Position numbers and translations under genes: made by a program. Positions 48,668-58,387 of a stretch of 64,000 nt of DNA are shown here, in pieces. The DNA is taken from NCBI GenBank assembly GCA_964637115.1, contig CAZWVL010000007.1:1-64000 (forward strand), written 5' to 3'. Under the pieces are notes generated by a model. It saw only the letters and a list, made by a program, of their open reading frames with translations. It was not told the origin of the DNA and did no database searches. Within the stretch, counting starts at the first letter, position 1; each line of letters begins with the position of its first letter. Source of the stretch: an uncultured Methanosarcinales archaeon (GTDB lineage Archaea; Nanobdellota; Nanobdellia; Woesearchaeales; ARS49).

Positions 48668-49888
48668 TCATCTGATCAATGCCTTCGCCTTGGAACAATA
48701 CACTATAAACAAAAGAATCTGCGTGCCTACTGTGGCAATAGCAGCACCAATGAAGCTATATCGGGGAATCAGCAACAGATTCAATACAATGCCTACCAGA
48801 GCGCCGAAGCCCGCTGCCTTCACCACGAATTTTTGCTCATTGACTGCAATAACGAAATAGCTGACGATTGTTGAAAAAGAAAGAACGAAGAAAGACCAAA
48901 CGAGTATTTGCAGTACGGGAACGGATTTGTCAAATTCTGGTCCGTATAATGTTTTAATGAGCAAGGGCGAAGCGATAAAAATTGCTATGCTTACCAATCC
49001 TCCAAGAAGAAGCGACGCCCAAAAAATCTTTTTAAAAACCTTTTTCAGCGCAATCTGGCGCTGATGCAGGGAAGTAAATCTGGGCAAAACCGCTTTAACC
49101 AGCACCAGGGGAATAATGCCCAAAGCAAGTACAATCTGATTTGGTGCGCTAAACAAGCCAACAGCCTCCTCGGTTTTCATAATTCCAAGCAAAATCGTTG
49201 CTATCCTTTCACTAACTAGCGTGAAAGCAACGATAAAGAAAAAAGGCAGACCCTCCCTTAAAAAGATCTTCCACTTCTCGATATTAACCAAGAGCTTCGT
49301 CTTGCCGAATCTTCTCAAATAATAAATTGTGACAAAAAGACCAATCAGGGAGGCGAGCAAATAGAAAAAGAATATTTTTTCCACACTAATGGTGCCCAAG
49401 ATCGTGCCAAAGATAGCAATCATTGCAATTATGAAAAAGAGTGATTTCTCGACGATTTTTGCAATAGCCTCAAACTTTAACTGCTCATAAGCCCTGAATA
49501 TCACTTTCAAACTTTCATCGATCATATCTATGCTAACAAAAATACCAGCCAGGACGATTGCCAGAATGCTCTTTTTGAGAATAAACCCGACTATGATCAT
49601 GAGAACTATTACTCCTGCAGCCAGGAAAAATTTTAACGAAAGAATGTTTTCCAGATATTCTCTTTTCAGCTTTTTATTCTGTGCAATGTTTTTCAGATAG
49701 GCAAAAGGAATGCCAAAATCTATCAGCATGCCAAACAGCAAAGCGTATGCGAAAGTGAAAGAGTACAAGCCGAATTTTTCAACACCCAACGCTCTTGCGA
49801 AGAGAACCGTGAGTATGAACATCAACACCTTTGCAAAACCTTCTGCAAAGAGCATGTATGCTGAGTTTCTTATAATGCGCTTAAGCAT
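48668..49888 (-). CDS. Wzx-type oligosaccharide flippase
   Basis: ARALGVEKFGLYSF, AVGLFSA, LNLLLIPRYSFIGAAIAT. Confidence 0.88.
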   Translation of the reverse strand: MLKRIIRNSAYMLFAEGFAKVLMFILTVLFARALGVEKFGLYSFTFAYALLFGMLIDFGIPFAYLKNIAQNKKLKREYLENILSLKFFLAAGVIVLMIIVGFILKKSILAIVLAGIFVSIDMIDESLKVIFRAYEQLKFEAIAKIVEKSLFFIIAMIAIFGTILGTISVEKIFFFYLLASLIGLFVTIYYLRRFGKTKLLVNIEKWKIFLREGLPFFFIVAFTLVSERIATILLGIMKTEEAVGLFSAPNQIVLALGIIPLVLVKAVLPRFTSLHQRQIALKKVFKKIFWASLLLGGLVSIAIFIASPLLIKTLYGPEFDKSVPVLQILVWSFFVLSFSTIVSYFVIAVNEQKFVVKAAGFGALVGIVLNLLLIPRYSFIGAAIATVGTQILLFIVYCSKAKALIR

Positions 49889-51011
49889 AGAATTCCTTGT
49901 AAACTCCCAATGTTTCTAGAGCTGCTTTCTGCCAGCTAAATCTTTTTGCTTGAATTAATCCCTTTTCTATCATTTGTTTTCTTAATTTATCATTTGTCAG
50001 GACACTCTTCATGGCACTGGCCAATTCGTTGACATCATTAGGATTTACCCTTATTGCAGCGTCTCCTGCAACTTCAGGTAATGAGGAAACATTGCTTGTG
50101 ATAACCGGACAGCCGCAAGCCATTGCTTCCAGAACCGGGAGCCCAAAGCCCTCATGCAAGCTGGGAAAAACAAAAGCTTCTGCACCATTATAATAGAATT
50201 TCACCTCAGAATGATCAACGGGTCCGATAAAGCTCACATCGCCTTGCAAATTGAATTTTTCAATTGAATCGAAGACCTCGTCTGAACGCCAGCCTTTGCT
50301 GCCCGCAATAATGAATTTTTCTCGAATCTTATGCTCTTTTTTCAGCTTTGCGTATGCCTCAATTATTCTCGTGACATTTTTTCTCGGCTCTATTGTACCA
50401 ACAAAAAAGATAAAAGGAAAATCGATTTTCCTTTTTTTTAGAAAAACGTCAACCGTTTTCCTATTAAGAGGGTTGAAAAGATCACTAGCAGCTTCATAAA
50501 TAACAGAAATTTGCTTCGGGGGGATTTTAAAATACTTAATCATGCCTTCTTTTACCGATTCAGAAACAGCAATTATTTTTTTGGCCCGTTTCACAGAAAT
50601 TTTCGTGAGTAAATTGTGATAAAGATTTCTTTTCGAATCACGAGTTTCTTGAGATTTTATAGGCACTAAATCATGCATCGTTACAATTGCCTTCACAGGA
50701 CAAAAAAGAGGAAGAATATTCATGCCTGAATGAAAAAGATCAATCTTATATCTCAACAGCAAGATGGGAAGAATCAGTTGCTCCCAAAATACTCTTATTT
50801 GAGGATTCACCGTATTAATTCTTGATTGAATAAAATGGAAATTTTTCTTGTGCACGAAATGTTTGAAAGTATTATTTACGAAAATAAAATACTCATTCTG
50901 CGAATCTATTTTCGCAAGTTCATCAATCAAATTATAAAGATACGTACTGACGCCTGTGTTTCGAGGCGACTTACCCAATAGGAGCAATTGTGCGTTAATT
51001 CCAATGCGCAT
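49881..51011 (-). CDS. Family 4 glycosyltransferase (mannosyltransferase-like)
   Basis: [27 protein letters not shown]. Confidence 0.92.
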   Translation of the reverse strand: MRIGINAQLLLLGKSPRNTGVSTYLYNLIDELAKIDSQNEYFIFVNNTFKHFVHKKNFHFIQSRINTVNPQIRVFWEQLILPILLLRYKIDLFHSGMNILPLFCPVKAIVTMHDLVPIKSQETRDSKRNLYHNLLTKISVKRAKKIIAVSESVKEGMIKYFKIPPKQISVIYEAASDLFNPLNRKTVDVFLKKRKIDFPFIFFVGTIEPRKNVTRIIEAYAKLKKEHKIREKFIIAGSKGWRSDEVFDSIEKFNLQGDVSFIGPVDHSEVKFYYNGAEAFVFPSLHEGFGLPVLEAMACGCPVITSNVSSLPEVAGDAAIRVNPNDVNELASAMKSVLTNDKLRKQMIEKGLIQAKRFSWQKAALETLGVYKEFYA

Positions 51012-51083
51012 TATTCATCAAGATAAAAGGTGTTTATTTAAACTTTTGTTTAACTAATAATTGCAATCCTATGCGGAGACAGA

Positions 51084-52427
51084 CTATTTTCTAAAAATAA
51101 TCATTGGAATAGTTTTAAGAATTATTTTAATATCAAAAGGTAATGACCAGTTTTCTATATAATAAAGGTCGTATCTAATTCTTTCCTTCAGGGAAGTGTT
51201 TCCTCGGTAACCGTTGACTGCTGCCCAACCAGTCAATCCTGCCTTAATATTCAACCTTTCGAGGTATTTGGGGACTTTTGTTTCAAAATCTCTGACAAAA
51301 ACAGGTCGCTCTGGTCTCGGTCCAACAACGCTCAGGTCTCCATTTAATACGTTAACAAGTTGGGGTAATTCATCTAGATATGTTTTCCTCATGAAACTTC
51401 CCAGTCGCGTGCACTTTTGTCTGTCGTGACTCCACATAGCACCCGTTTTGCCTTCAGCTTTGTCGACCATGGATCTGAATTTGTATAAAGTGAAAAATTT
51501 GTTCCCTTCTGTCACTCTTTTTTGCTTGTATATTATTGGGCCTTGTGAATCAAGTTTAATTGCGATTGCCAAAAGAATAAGAAAGGGAGAGACAATAATG
51601 AGCAATAAGCTTGCTACAACAACATCAAAAGCACGCTTTAAAACAAGGTTAAATCCTTTCAAAGGGGTTTTAACTGTTAGCAGTGGAATTCCTTTTATTG
51701 TGTTGAGGTCGATTTTTGTGATGATGTCAAGCACGTCAGGAACTATTTTATAGGTTATTTTTTTGCCGCAGGCGGAGATTATCTGCAGGATTTTTTCGTG
51801 ATCATTGGGACCAAAAGCGAGTACCAGTTCGTCTATTTTCCTATTATCAATTATGCTTTTTAATTCGTTCAAATCTTTTATTGATGAATGCTTGCTATTT
51901 ATGAAATCAACAATTTTATATTGCGGAAGATCTCCTATTTTCTCATGTATTTTTCTAGCAAAGACTTTATCCCCGATGATAAGCACTCGTTGAACGCCAA
52001 TCCCGCGCATGAATAAATATTTGTTCACTGCATTGACCGCTTTACTCGAGATAAAAACAACTAAAATAGAGAGAATAAAAGCAATAACAACAACCAATCT
52101 CGAATAAGATTCTGCTCTATACAGAAAGGTGGTGGATAAAAGGATCAAAAAGCACAGACTCAGGGCCTTTACCACATTAAAAAAATCGATATTCGCGGAT
52201 TCATAAACATTCATGAGCTTAAAGACAACCACGCTGACAACCGTAACTACTATCATCGCCCTTAAATAAATTGAAAATGCAGGGATTTCGCTCGTCAATG
52301 GAATTAAAGGGGTATAGAATCTGATAAAGTACGCCAGCGTAAAAGCAAGATTTATGCTTAGAATATCTACTATAAAAAGAAGAAATTTTGAAATCCATTC
52401 GTAATCCTTTTGCCACCTGTATTTCAT
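51084..52427 (-). CDS. Polyprenyl-phosphate sugar phosphotransferase (WcaJ/WbaP family)
   Basis: 4 N-terminal TM, CoA-binding-like domain, KRAFD, KFRSM, DELPQL, VGPRPERP, GLTGWA, DLYYIENWS. Confidence 0.92.
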   Translation of the reverse strand: MKYRWQKDYEWISKFLLFIVDILSINLAFTLAYFIRFYTPLIPLTSEIPAFSIYLRAMIVVTVVSVVVFKLMNVYESANIDFFNVVKALSLCFLILLSTTFLYRAESYSRLVVVIAFILSILVVFISSKAVNAVNKYLFMRGIGVQRVLIIGDKVFARKIHEKIGDLPQYKIVDFINSKHSSIKDLNELKSIIDNRKIDELVLAFGPNDHEKILQIISACGKKITYKIVPDVLDIITKIDLNTIKGIPLLTVKTPLKGFNLVLKRAFDVVVASLLLIIVSPFLILLAIAIKLDSQGPIIYKQKRVTEGNKFFTLYKFRSMVDKAEGKTGAMWSHDRQKCTRLGSFMRKTYLDELPQLVNVLNGDLSVVGPRPERPVFVRDFETKVPKYLERLNIKAGLTGWAAVNGYRGNTSLKERIRYDLYYIENWSLPFDIKIILKTIPMIIFRK

Positions 52428-52566
52428 TTTGTGTAGCTACCAAATGCTTTCGAAAGCCTTATTCTACATAAATGTTGGCTAAGCGCAGAATCCGCTTCTT
52501 TGTTTTAAAGGTATTGGTAGTTAAGAGAAGAAAAAATTAAAAGTTAAAATAAAAAAAATAAAAAAA

Positions 52567-53151
52567 TTATAGACCTTTGCCGCACATTTCCTTCAAACAG
52601 GCCTCCCCATTCTGTTCGCAGCCCTGTATGCACGCGGCGTTACCTGGGTTAATAATGTTGCAGCTGGTTATGCAATGTCCTTTAAAAATATTACAAAAGT
52701 GTGCACAGTCTCCAGGAGTGTCGCAAATGACATCTTTTGTAACGGTGCATATCAGTTTGGAGAAGTGTCCTGGGTCCTCTTCACATGTGCGCGTAGCTAT
52801 GCTTGGAAGAACATACCAAGTAACACCAGTCACCTTGCAAGGCAAAGGTGGAGCTACAGCTCCACACTTACCTCTTGCTTTCGAGGCCCATGTTGTAATA
52901 GCAGAATCACAAAGTGAGTTCATAATGGCATTCGTATTTAAGTTCCCATGGGCTGCACAATTGCTAGGACTTGTGAAAGACCTGTCCTTTATTACTGTCA
53001 AGCCGGGGTCTGCACTTACGAAGCACGGGCCTAGTACGGAATTCGAATTAGGCGGAGGAGCTTGTTGCGCCATAGATGCTATAGCAAGAACAAGCGCAAA
53101 AATAGTTGCTATAACAGAAATTGATAATCCTATTCTACCTTTTGTATCCAT
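52567..53151 (-). CDS. Cys-rich exported protein, paralog 1
   Basis: MDTKGRIG leader + TM helix; EEDPGHFSKLIC; C-terminal CxxxC pairs; GGTGA SD. Confidence 0.8.
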   Translation of the reverse strand: MDTKGRIGLSISVIATIFALVLAIASMAQQAPPPNSNSVLGPCFVSADPGLTVIKDRSFTSPSNCAAHGNLNTNAIMNSLCDSAITTWASKARGKCGAVAPPLPCKVTGVTWYVLPSIATRTCEEDPGHFSKLICTVTKDVICDTPGDCAHFCNIFKGHCITSCNIINPGNAACIQGCEQNGEACLKEMCGKGL

Positions 53152-53202
53152 TATTATCACCTTTTTTTACGATAAAAAATTAAAAGTTAAAAAAGAAAAA
53201 AA

Positions 53203-53805
53203 TTATGGGTCTGCGCAGGCCATCTTGCATCGCATTTCCTCGGCTACACAGGCTTGTTTGCAGGCTGCATTGTCCGTACCACAAAATTCATCGCAGGACG
53301 CTTTAAAAACGGTTGTGCACGTCTTTTGACAGTCTCCAGGAGGTGCGCAAATTGCGTTAGCTTTAACTGTACATATCAGTTTGCTGAAGTGCCCTGGATC
53401 CTCTTCGCAAGAGCGTACTTGCGAACCTTCTGCAAGCCTCCATGAAACTGCACTCATCTTACAAGGCGAAAACGGTTTAGTTTCGCCGATAAACGGCGGA
53501 GGCAGTACAATCGCCGCGCACTTATTTTTTGTTAGAGCGAACCAATCTGTAAGAGCACGCTCGCAAAGTCTATTCATAATTGCATTCGTATTCAAGTTTC
53601 CATGCGCTGCACAAGTACTAGGAGTTGTAAAACTTTGATCTCTTATTACTGTTTGATCTGCGGTCACTACTACAAAACAACCTTTTAGAAACGTCTCCGC
53701 GAAGTCAGGCGGGGTTACAATAGTTGCCGATGCCATCGCCATAACAAGCGAAAGCGCAGTTGCGATAACGGCAATAGCCAATCCTATTCGACCTTTAGTA
53801 TCCAT
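53203..53805 (-). CDS. Cys-rich exported protein, paralog 2
   Basis: Same leader and motifs (CAAHGNLNTNAIMN, EEDPGHFSKLICTV); GGTGA SD. Confidence 0.8.
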   Translation of the reverse strand: MDTKGRIGLAIAVIATALSLVMAMASATIVTPPDFAETFLKGCFVVVTADQTVIRDQSFTTPSTCAAHGNLNTNAIMNRLCERALTDWFALTKNKCAAIVLPPPFIGETKPFSPCKMSAVSWRLAEGSQVRSCEEDPGHFSKLICTVKANAICAPPGDCQKTCTTVFKASCDEFCGTDNAACKQACVAEEMRCKMACADP

Positions 53806-53927
53806 TATTATCACCTTTTTCTTTTTTGGAACTGAAAAGTAGTTATTAATAATCTCAGTATTTAAACTTTTCTGTTTTACATTCGTACCAAAACATTTAA
53901 ATATAAGAAGATTATCGTTATTCACAG

Positions 53928-54446
53928 GTGGTTAAAATCGGCTTAAGAAAGAACTTGGTTATCGGAGGGCTTCTGGCAATTCTTGGGTGCTCGGAAAAAA
54001 AGGAACCATACACTCCTCCCACGCCGGAAAAACCAGCAAATCAGGAAAAAAGCACCGAAAAAACTCAGCCTCCTCTACAACCAAGCAGACTTGAAAAGTA
54101 TGAACAACCTACACAAACACGTCAAGCTTATGAGATTGTTTATTTTTATGACACGAATAAGATAGAAAAGCATGGCGAAGGCGTTGAGGGTGATCCAGAA
54201 CTCTCCCTACTCTGCCATAACTACGGCTTTTCTCTGTTCACTATTGCTTCTAATGCTGAGCTTGCCAAAAAGGAATTTAAACTAGCCGATAAGCCAGTGA
54301 TCATGATTTGCAAAGATATTATCGAGCTTGAACGATTTTTAGTAACAGACAGGCAGCAACTTGCTAGCCGCCTTGAGCAGGAGTTACGGTACCATAGTGG
54401 AAAAGGTACGCCTCCAGCAGGATGCAAGGATTATCAGAAGAAATAA
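53928..54446 (+). CDS. Lipoprotein, hypothetical
   Basis: GTG start, lipobox LAILGC, Pro/Lys/Glu-rich linker. Confidence 0.65.
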   Translation: MVKIGLRKNLVIGGLLAILGCSEKKEPYTPPTPEKPANQEKSTEKTQPPLQPSRLEKYEQPTQTRQAYEIVYFYDTNKIEKHGEGVEGDPELSLLCHNYGFSLFTIASNAELAKKEFKLADKPVIMICKDIIELERFLVTDRQQLASRLEQELRYHSGKGTPPAGCKDYQKK

Positions 54447-54449
54447 CTG

Positions 54450-56129
54450 TTAAATCTCTTTTTTAACCTCATAAATGAAATATCCTGTTACATTGCTCTG
54501 CACTTCCTTAAGATATACACAATCGAGAGCTTTTTGTGAAATAAGAAGTTTAGGCTTGTACCGCTCAACCCAGTCCAACCCCTGCTCGCACGAAGGTGAC
54601 TCAAAAAATCTGTCCGCTTCCCCTGATAATTCCGCACCACCCATCCAGTGAACAACAACAGAATTATTAGTTATGGGAATGGCGGAACTGAACCTCGGAT
54701 TAGCCAGTATCCTCTGGCCGGAATAATGAATTTTCAGCCAATCGAGCATCTCGTAATCCTTGTCGTCCACAATATAATCAAAAAGCGGGGGGAAATTGGC
54801 ACGAAGTTGGAAGCCAAAAATCAATGCGAGGAGTACGCCTGCGATTAATATAAAGACGTACTTCTTCTTTATTTTATGCCTGAGAATTCCAAGAAGATGA
54901 CTAAAACCTATACTGCCGATGAAAATAGCGAACAAAAGGACCAGATATATCAGTCTCTCCGGCCTAATTAGGTAAGAATATTTGATTATGGAACTAATTA
55001 AAAAACCTACAAGTGAAAAAATGAAAAAGAATGATAAAATTTTTTGATGCTTCTCCCCAAGTATAATATACAATCCAAACAGTCCACAAATAGCGAGTGG
55101 AATTCCAATGAGAAAATAATTTATGTTGTGGTACGGAAACTCTAATCGCCAGAAATTGGACAAAATTGTTTCTTTAATACCGCCCTTCCAGAACCAGCTC
55201 AAGAAGACTGCAGCAGATACGGCCAAGAGTCCAATAAAAAAAGCGCAGAAAACCTTCCAGTCCTTTTTCATGTTATAAACAACATAAGGCAAGGAAACGA
55301 CAAGAATGTACGCAGCAGCGCTCCCATGCAGCGTGAATGCGATGAAGATAAAAATACCCGCAAGAATCAGATAATTCGCACTTCTTTCAGTAAGCCATTT
55401 GTGCATGAGAAGAAGAAAGAGGAAGCAGAGTATGAGTGAAACTGTGAAAGGGACTGCCAGAATCAATCCCAGTATCAAAGAATTGCCCGGGATAGTGGCA
55501 GACAGAACCATGGCCAAAAGACTCGTCCAGAAATTCTTAGTCAGTTCATAAATAAACACAAAAATCACGAGGGCAGTGATAATACCGAACAATGCTGGCA
55601 GGAACTTGTAATCGAGCAACGGATCCATCTTAGTTAGCAGGAAAATGCTGGCAAGAAGCGCAGGAAATCCGGTCTTTGCATCGCAGTCATAAATATCATT
55701 ATATGGATTTATACAGAGCTTACCAGTTTCTGTTATCTTATACGCATGGTTCATGTAAAAGTATTCGGTGACGTGCAAAGGAAACCTATATGTGAAATGA
55801 GGAGAATAAATCAGAAAAAATACGACAATAACACCACTGAGAAGAAAAATGATCTTTTTAACCTCGAATTTTGGCACATCAACTAGCTTGTATCTTTTTG
55901 AAACAAAAAGGGACATAATTGTCAGCAGGGATCCTGCGAACAATGCTAATTTTACCGTAAAGCCATTGATTACATAAAAATTAAGCAACAATCCAGTTAA
56001 AACCAAAAAAGAAATAGAAAGCCCCAGCCCACAAACCACCCGTTCAAGAAAATCCTGCTTTTTGAAGAAGAAAAAAGTCAGCAAGTATCCAGTTACTAAT
56101 AATATAACAATCCACAATAAACCCGGCAT
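54450..56129 (-). CDS. Multi-pass membrane protein, probable GT-C-fold glycosyltransferase
   Basis: Over 12 TM segments; soluble C-terminal domain (EMLDWLK..ILANP..). Confidence 0.65.
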   Translation of the reverse strand: MPGLLWIVILLVTGYLLTFFFFKKQDFLERVVCGLGLSISFLVLTGLLLNFYVINGFTVKLALFAGSLLTIMSLFVSKRYKLVDVPKFEVKKIIFLLSGVIVVFFLIYSPHFTYRFPLHVTEYFYMNHAYKITETGKLCINPYNDIYDCDAKTGFPALLASIFLLTKMDPLLDYKFLPALFGIITALVIFVFIYELTKNFWTSLLAMVLSATIPGNSLILGLILAVPFTVSLILCFLFLLLMHKWLTERSANYLILAGIFIFIAFTLHGSAAAYILVVSLPYVVYNMKKDWKVFCAFFIGLLAVSAAVFLSWFWKGGIKETILSNFWRLEFPYHNINYFLIGIPLAICGLFGLYIILGEKHQKILSFFFIFSLVGFLISSIIKYSYLIRPERLIYLVLLFAIFIGSIGFSHLLGILRHKIKKKYVFILIAGVLLALIFGFQLRANFPPLFDYIVDDKDYEMLDWLKIHYSGQRILANPRFSSAIPITNNSVVVHWMGGAELSGEADRFFESPSCEQGLDWVERYKPKLLISQKALDCVYLKEVQSNVTGYFIYEVKKEI

Positions 56130-56208
56130 AGTGAGCGAAAAAGTTGCCGGTGCTTTAAAAGTTTCTATTAAGCGCTAGGCTGAATTTTATAAAATTAAGA
56201 GAAAAAAA

Positions 56209-56796
56209 TCAGGGGTCTATACACGTGTCAATGCATGCTCCCATATCAGACACGCACTTCTGCCTGCAAGGCGCGTTATCATCGCCACACGTTGACAAGC
56301 AAATTTTCTTGATACGCTCACAGTCTTTCACACAGTCACGCATATGCGAACATATCGGCGTATCTTTGGTTGTGCATGTGAGTTTGACTATGTGCCCTGG
56401 ATCAACCACGTCGCACTTGCGCGTATCAGCCAGACCACTCCTAATAAAAATGGTTGCCCATGGCGAATTGATTGTGCACGCTCTTTCTCCGGAAACAGTC
56501 ACGCATGATTTCTTTGCCTGGCTTATCCAAGATTCCTGCGTTTCCTTACATAGCGTATTCAATCTCGCATCCGTCTGCAACTGAGCTGCAGAAGGACAGG
56601 GACCAGCAACCGTAACGTCCTTTACGACAGTAATATCCGTTATTACAGCATTTGCTGCTTCACATTTTGCAATTGAAGAATCGGGCGCGGGAGCTGCCAC
56701 AGCTGTTTCCGCACCTATGCTTGCAAAGGCAACAAACAGCGAAATAATCGTTGCTATAAGAGCGATTCCAAGTCCTATCCTCGCTTTTACGTCCAT
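56209..56796 (-). CDS. Cys-rich exported protein, paralog 3 (diverged)
   Basis: MDVKARIGLGIALIAT leader; VVDPGHIVKLTC; CVKDC..CLSTC..CRQKC..CIDTC; GAGGTGA SD. Confidence 0.8.
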   Translation of the reverse strand: MDVKARIGLGIALIATIISLFVAFASIGAETAVAAPAPDSSIAKCEAANAVITDITVVKDVTVAGPCPSAAQLQTDARLNTLCKETQESWISQAKKSCVTVSGERACTINSPWATIFIRSGLADTRKCDVVDPGHIVKLTCTTKDTPICSHMRDCVKDCERIKKICLSTCGDDNAPCRQKCVSDMGACIDTCIDP

Positions 56797-56918
56797 CAGA
56801 ATCACCTCTTTATTGTACCCTTAAGTGCGCGCCTATTTAAAAAATTTTCCATTATACTGCTGGCACATCGCCCTTGAACACGCGAAGCTTTTTATTCAAA
56901 AGAAATTCCTGACCTACC

Positions 56919-57587
56919 ATGAGCACAAACAAAAAACACCCATTTTCCCAACACCATCTCTATCTGCTAATTCTCAGCATTTTTTTATTCTGTTTTTTTG
57001 CCAAAATAACTGAAGATGTCATGAATAATGGGTTCTTTACTAAATTTGATTCGTTGGTGAGTACGAAAATAGTTTTGCTCTGGAATCCTGTGCTTACAAA
57101 AATAATGGTGTTCATCACAAATATCGCCAGCACTCCTAGTTTGTTCATTCTTTCACTCACGTTTTTGGGCGTGCTCGCATACAAGAGAAAATGGCGTGAT
57201 TCCTTGCTCTTGATATGTGCACTGGCTGGCACACGGATATTGGAGCTGCTTACAAAATTCATGGTCCACAGAGCGCGACCGGAGAATGCATTGATTGAAG
57301 TTTCTAACTACAGTTTTCCAAGCGGGCATGCAGCAATGTCAATCGTTTTCTTTTCACTGCTTATCTATTCATTTAAGGACGACATCAAAAATAAAATGTT
57401 CAAGAATTTTTTTATAACCGCTAATGTATTCTTATTCATATTGATAGGATTCAGCAGGATTTACCTTAATGTCCACTGGTTGAGCGACGTGCTGGCAGGA
57501 TTTGCCCTCGGGTCATTCTGGCTCACCTTAATGATCCTGACTTTTCAATCAGTAATTGCTCTCGCAAAAAAGACTTTCCCTTCCTGA
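56919..57587 (+). CDS. PAP2-family phosphatase (polyprenyl-diphosphate phosphatase-like)
   Basis: KFMVHRARP, SFPSGHA, SRIYLNVHWLSDV. Confidence 0.9.
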   Translation: MSTNKKHPFSQHHLYLLILSIFLFCFFAKITEDVMNNGFFTKFDSLVSTKIVLLWNPVLTKIMVFITNIASTPSLFILSLTFLGVLAYKRKWRDSLLLICALAGTRILELLTKFMVHRARPENALIEVSNYSFPSGHAAMSIVFFSLLIYSFKDDIKNKMFKNFFITANVFLFILIGFSRIYLNVHWLSDVLAGFALGSFWLTLMILTFQSVIALAKKTFPS

Positions 57588-57645
57588 AAAACTGGAAAAC
57601 GGCTCCTTCTTGTTTGCCGGTCTAAATCTTGAAATACGCCGAGGC
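57568..57645. repeat. Repeat R copy 2, including a 9-nt tRNA-Asp 3'-end remnant (57637-57645)
   Basis: 50/63 ungapped identities (hand count) between 57583-57645 and 59175-59237. Confidence 0.8.
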
Positions 57646-58148
57646 TACTTCAAAAGCTCCTTAGCCTTTTGCAGATAGAACAGGTCCCTTTTAACTATAA
57701 ACTTGCCATTATACTCATCGGGCCTTTCGTTCTTAAGCAGCTCTATTGCTTTATCAATTGACACCCAAACAAGTTTAGCCCCTTCTTCAATTTCTTCCTG
57801 AGTAAATTCCGGCTTGCCTTCCTTGACAACCTCTGCAAGAAAACAATGCGACGTTTGAACCATATCCTCGTGCGTGCGGTGCTCAATAATCTCACCCAGT
57901 TCACCAATCACACGAACAGAACAACCAGTTTCCTCCTTGATTTCCCTGGCAAGCGCATCAGGAATGCTCTCGCCGGAATCAACACCGCCACCTGGCAGCT
58001 TATGGTATTTGTGTTTGCTAATATGAAGCAAAGCGATAAGACCCTTATTCATCATAACTGCCCTGGCAGCAGTTCTAGGAATATGCTTAGAATCCTCTTT
58101 TGGCTTCACACCAACATCAACATCACTGAGTTCAAGAATGGTTTTCAT
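57645..58148 (-). CDS. NUDIX hydrolase
   Basis: LPGGGVDSGESIPDALAREIKEETG. Confidence 0.92.
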   Translation of the reverse strand: MKTILELSDVDVGVKPKEDSKHIPRTAARAVMMNKGLIALLHISKHKYHKLPGGGVDSGESIPDALAREIKEETGCSVRVIGELGEIIEHRTHEDMVQTSHCFLAEVVKEGKPEFTQEEIEEGAKLVWVSIDKAIELLKNERPDEYNGKFIVKRDLFYLQKAKELLK

Positions 58149-58154
58149 AAAATT

Positions 58155-58248
58155 AAAACGCCGGGGCCGGGATTACTTGCGAAGTGCGCTTCGCAAGTTG
58201 CTCGGAAATCCAAAGGATTTCCGACATGAACCCGAGGGTTCAAATCCC
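58155..58248 (-). repeat. Duplicated tRNA-Asp 3' end (att-like) expanded into a four-way-junction palindrome
   Basis: 58155-58174 identical to 59225-59244; 58227-58234 identical to 59245-59252; 52-nt double-hairpin insert between. Confidence 0.85.
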
Positions 58249-58387
58249 CTTCACAAAATAGTGCAAGAGCTTCGCTCGAAACATACGCCGTTGTGTTTAC
58301 TGTTCTGGCTTTTTAATCTTTCTGGATGAGCCGTGCATTACAATTTCATTACATATCTCAAAAAGCGGGCAAACACCCTAAGAAAAG

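Noticed and set aside
56136-56152. Possible extra tRNA-Asp end copy (AAAAAGTTGCCGGTGC)
   Set aside because: Only 7/8 core identity and it needs a gap; expected by chance.
52567-56796. Class III (pilin) signal peptides on the Cys-rich paralogs
   Set aside because: After KG/KA the +1 residue is Arg and the hydrophobic stretch starts several residues later, which does not fit the PibD/FlaK consensus. A Sec signal or anchor is more likely.
58175-58226. 52-nt T-loop insert read as a tRNA intron or half of a split tRNA
   Set aside because: No BHB can be drawn (T54-A57 cannot pair with the insert end), and there is no 5' half or long complementary leader.
58138-58329. 63-aa ORF across the four-way junction, and 58918-59292 ORF through tRNA-Asp
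   Set aside because: These are translations of structured non-coding DNA.
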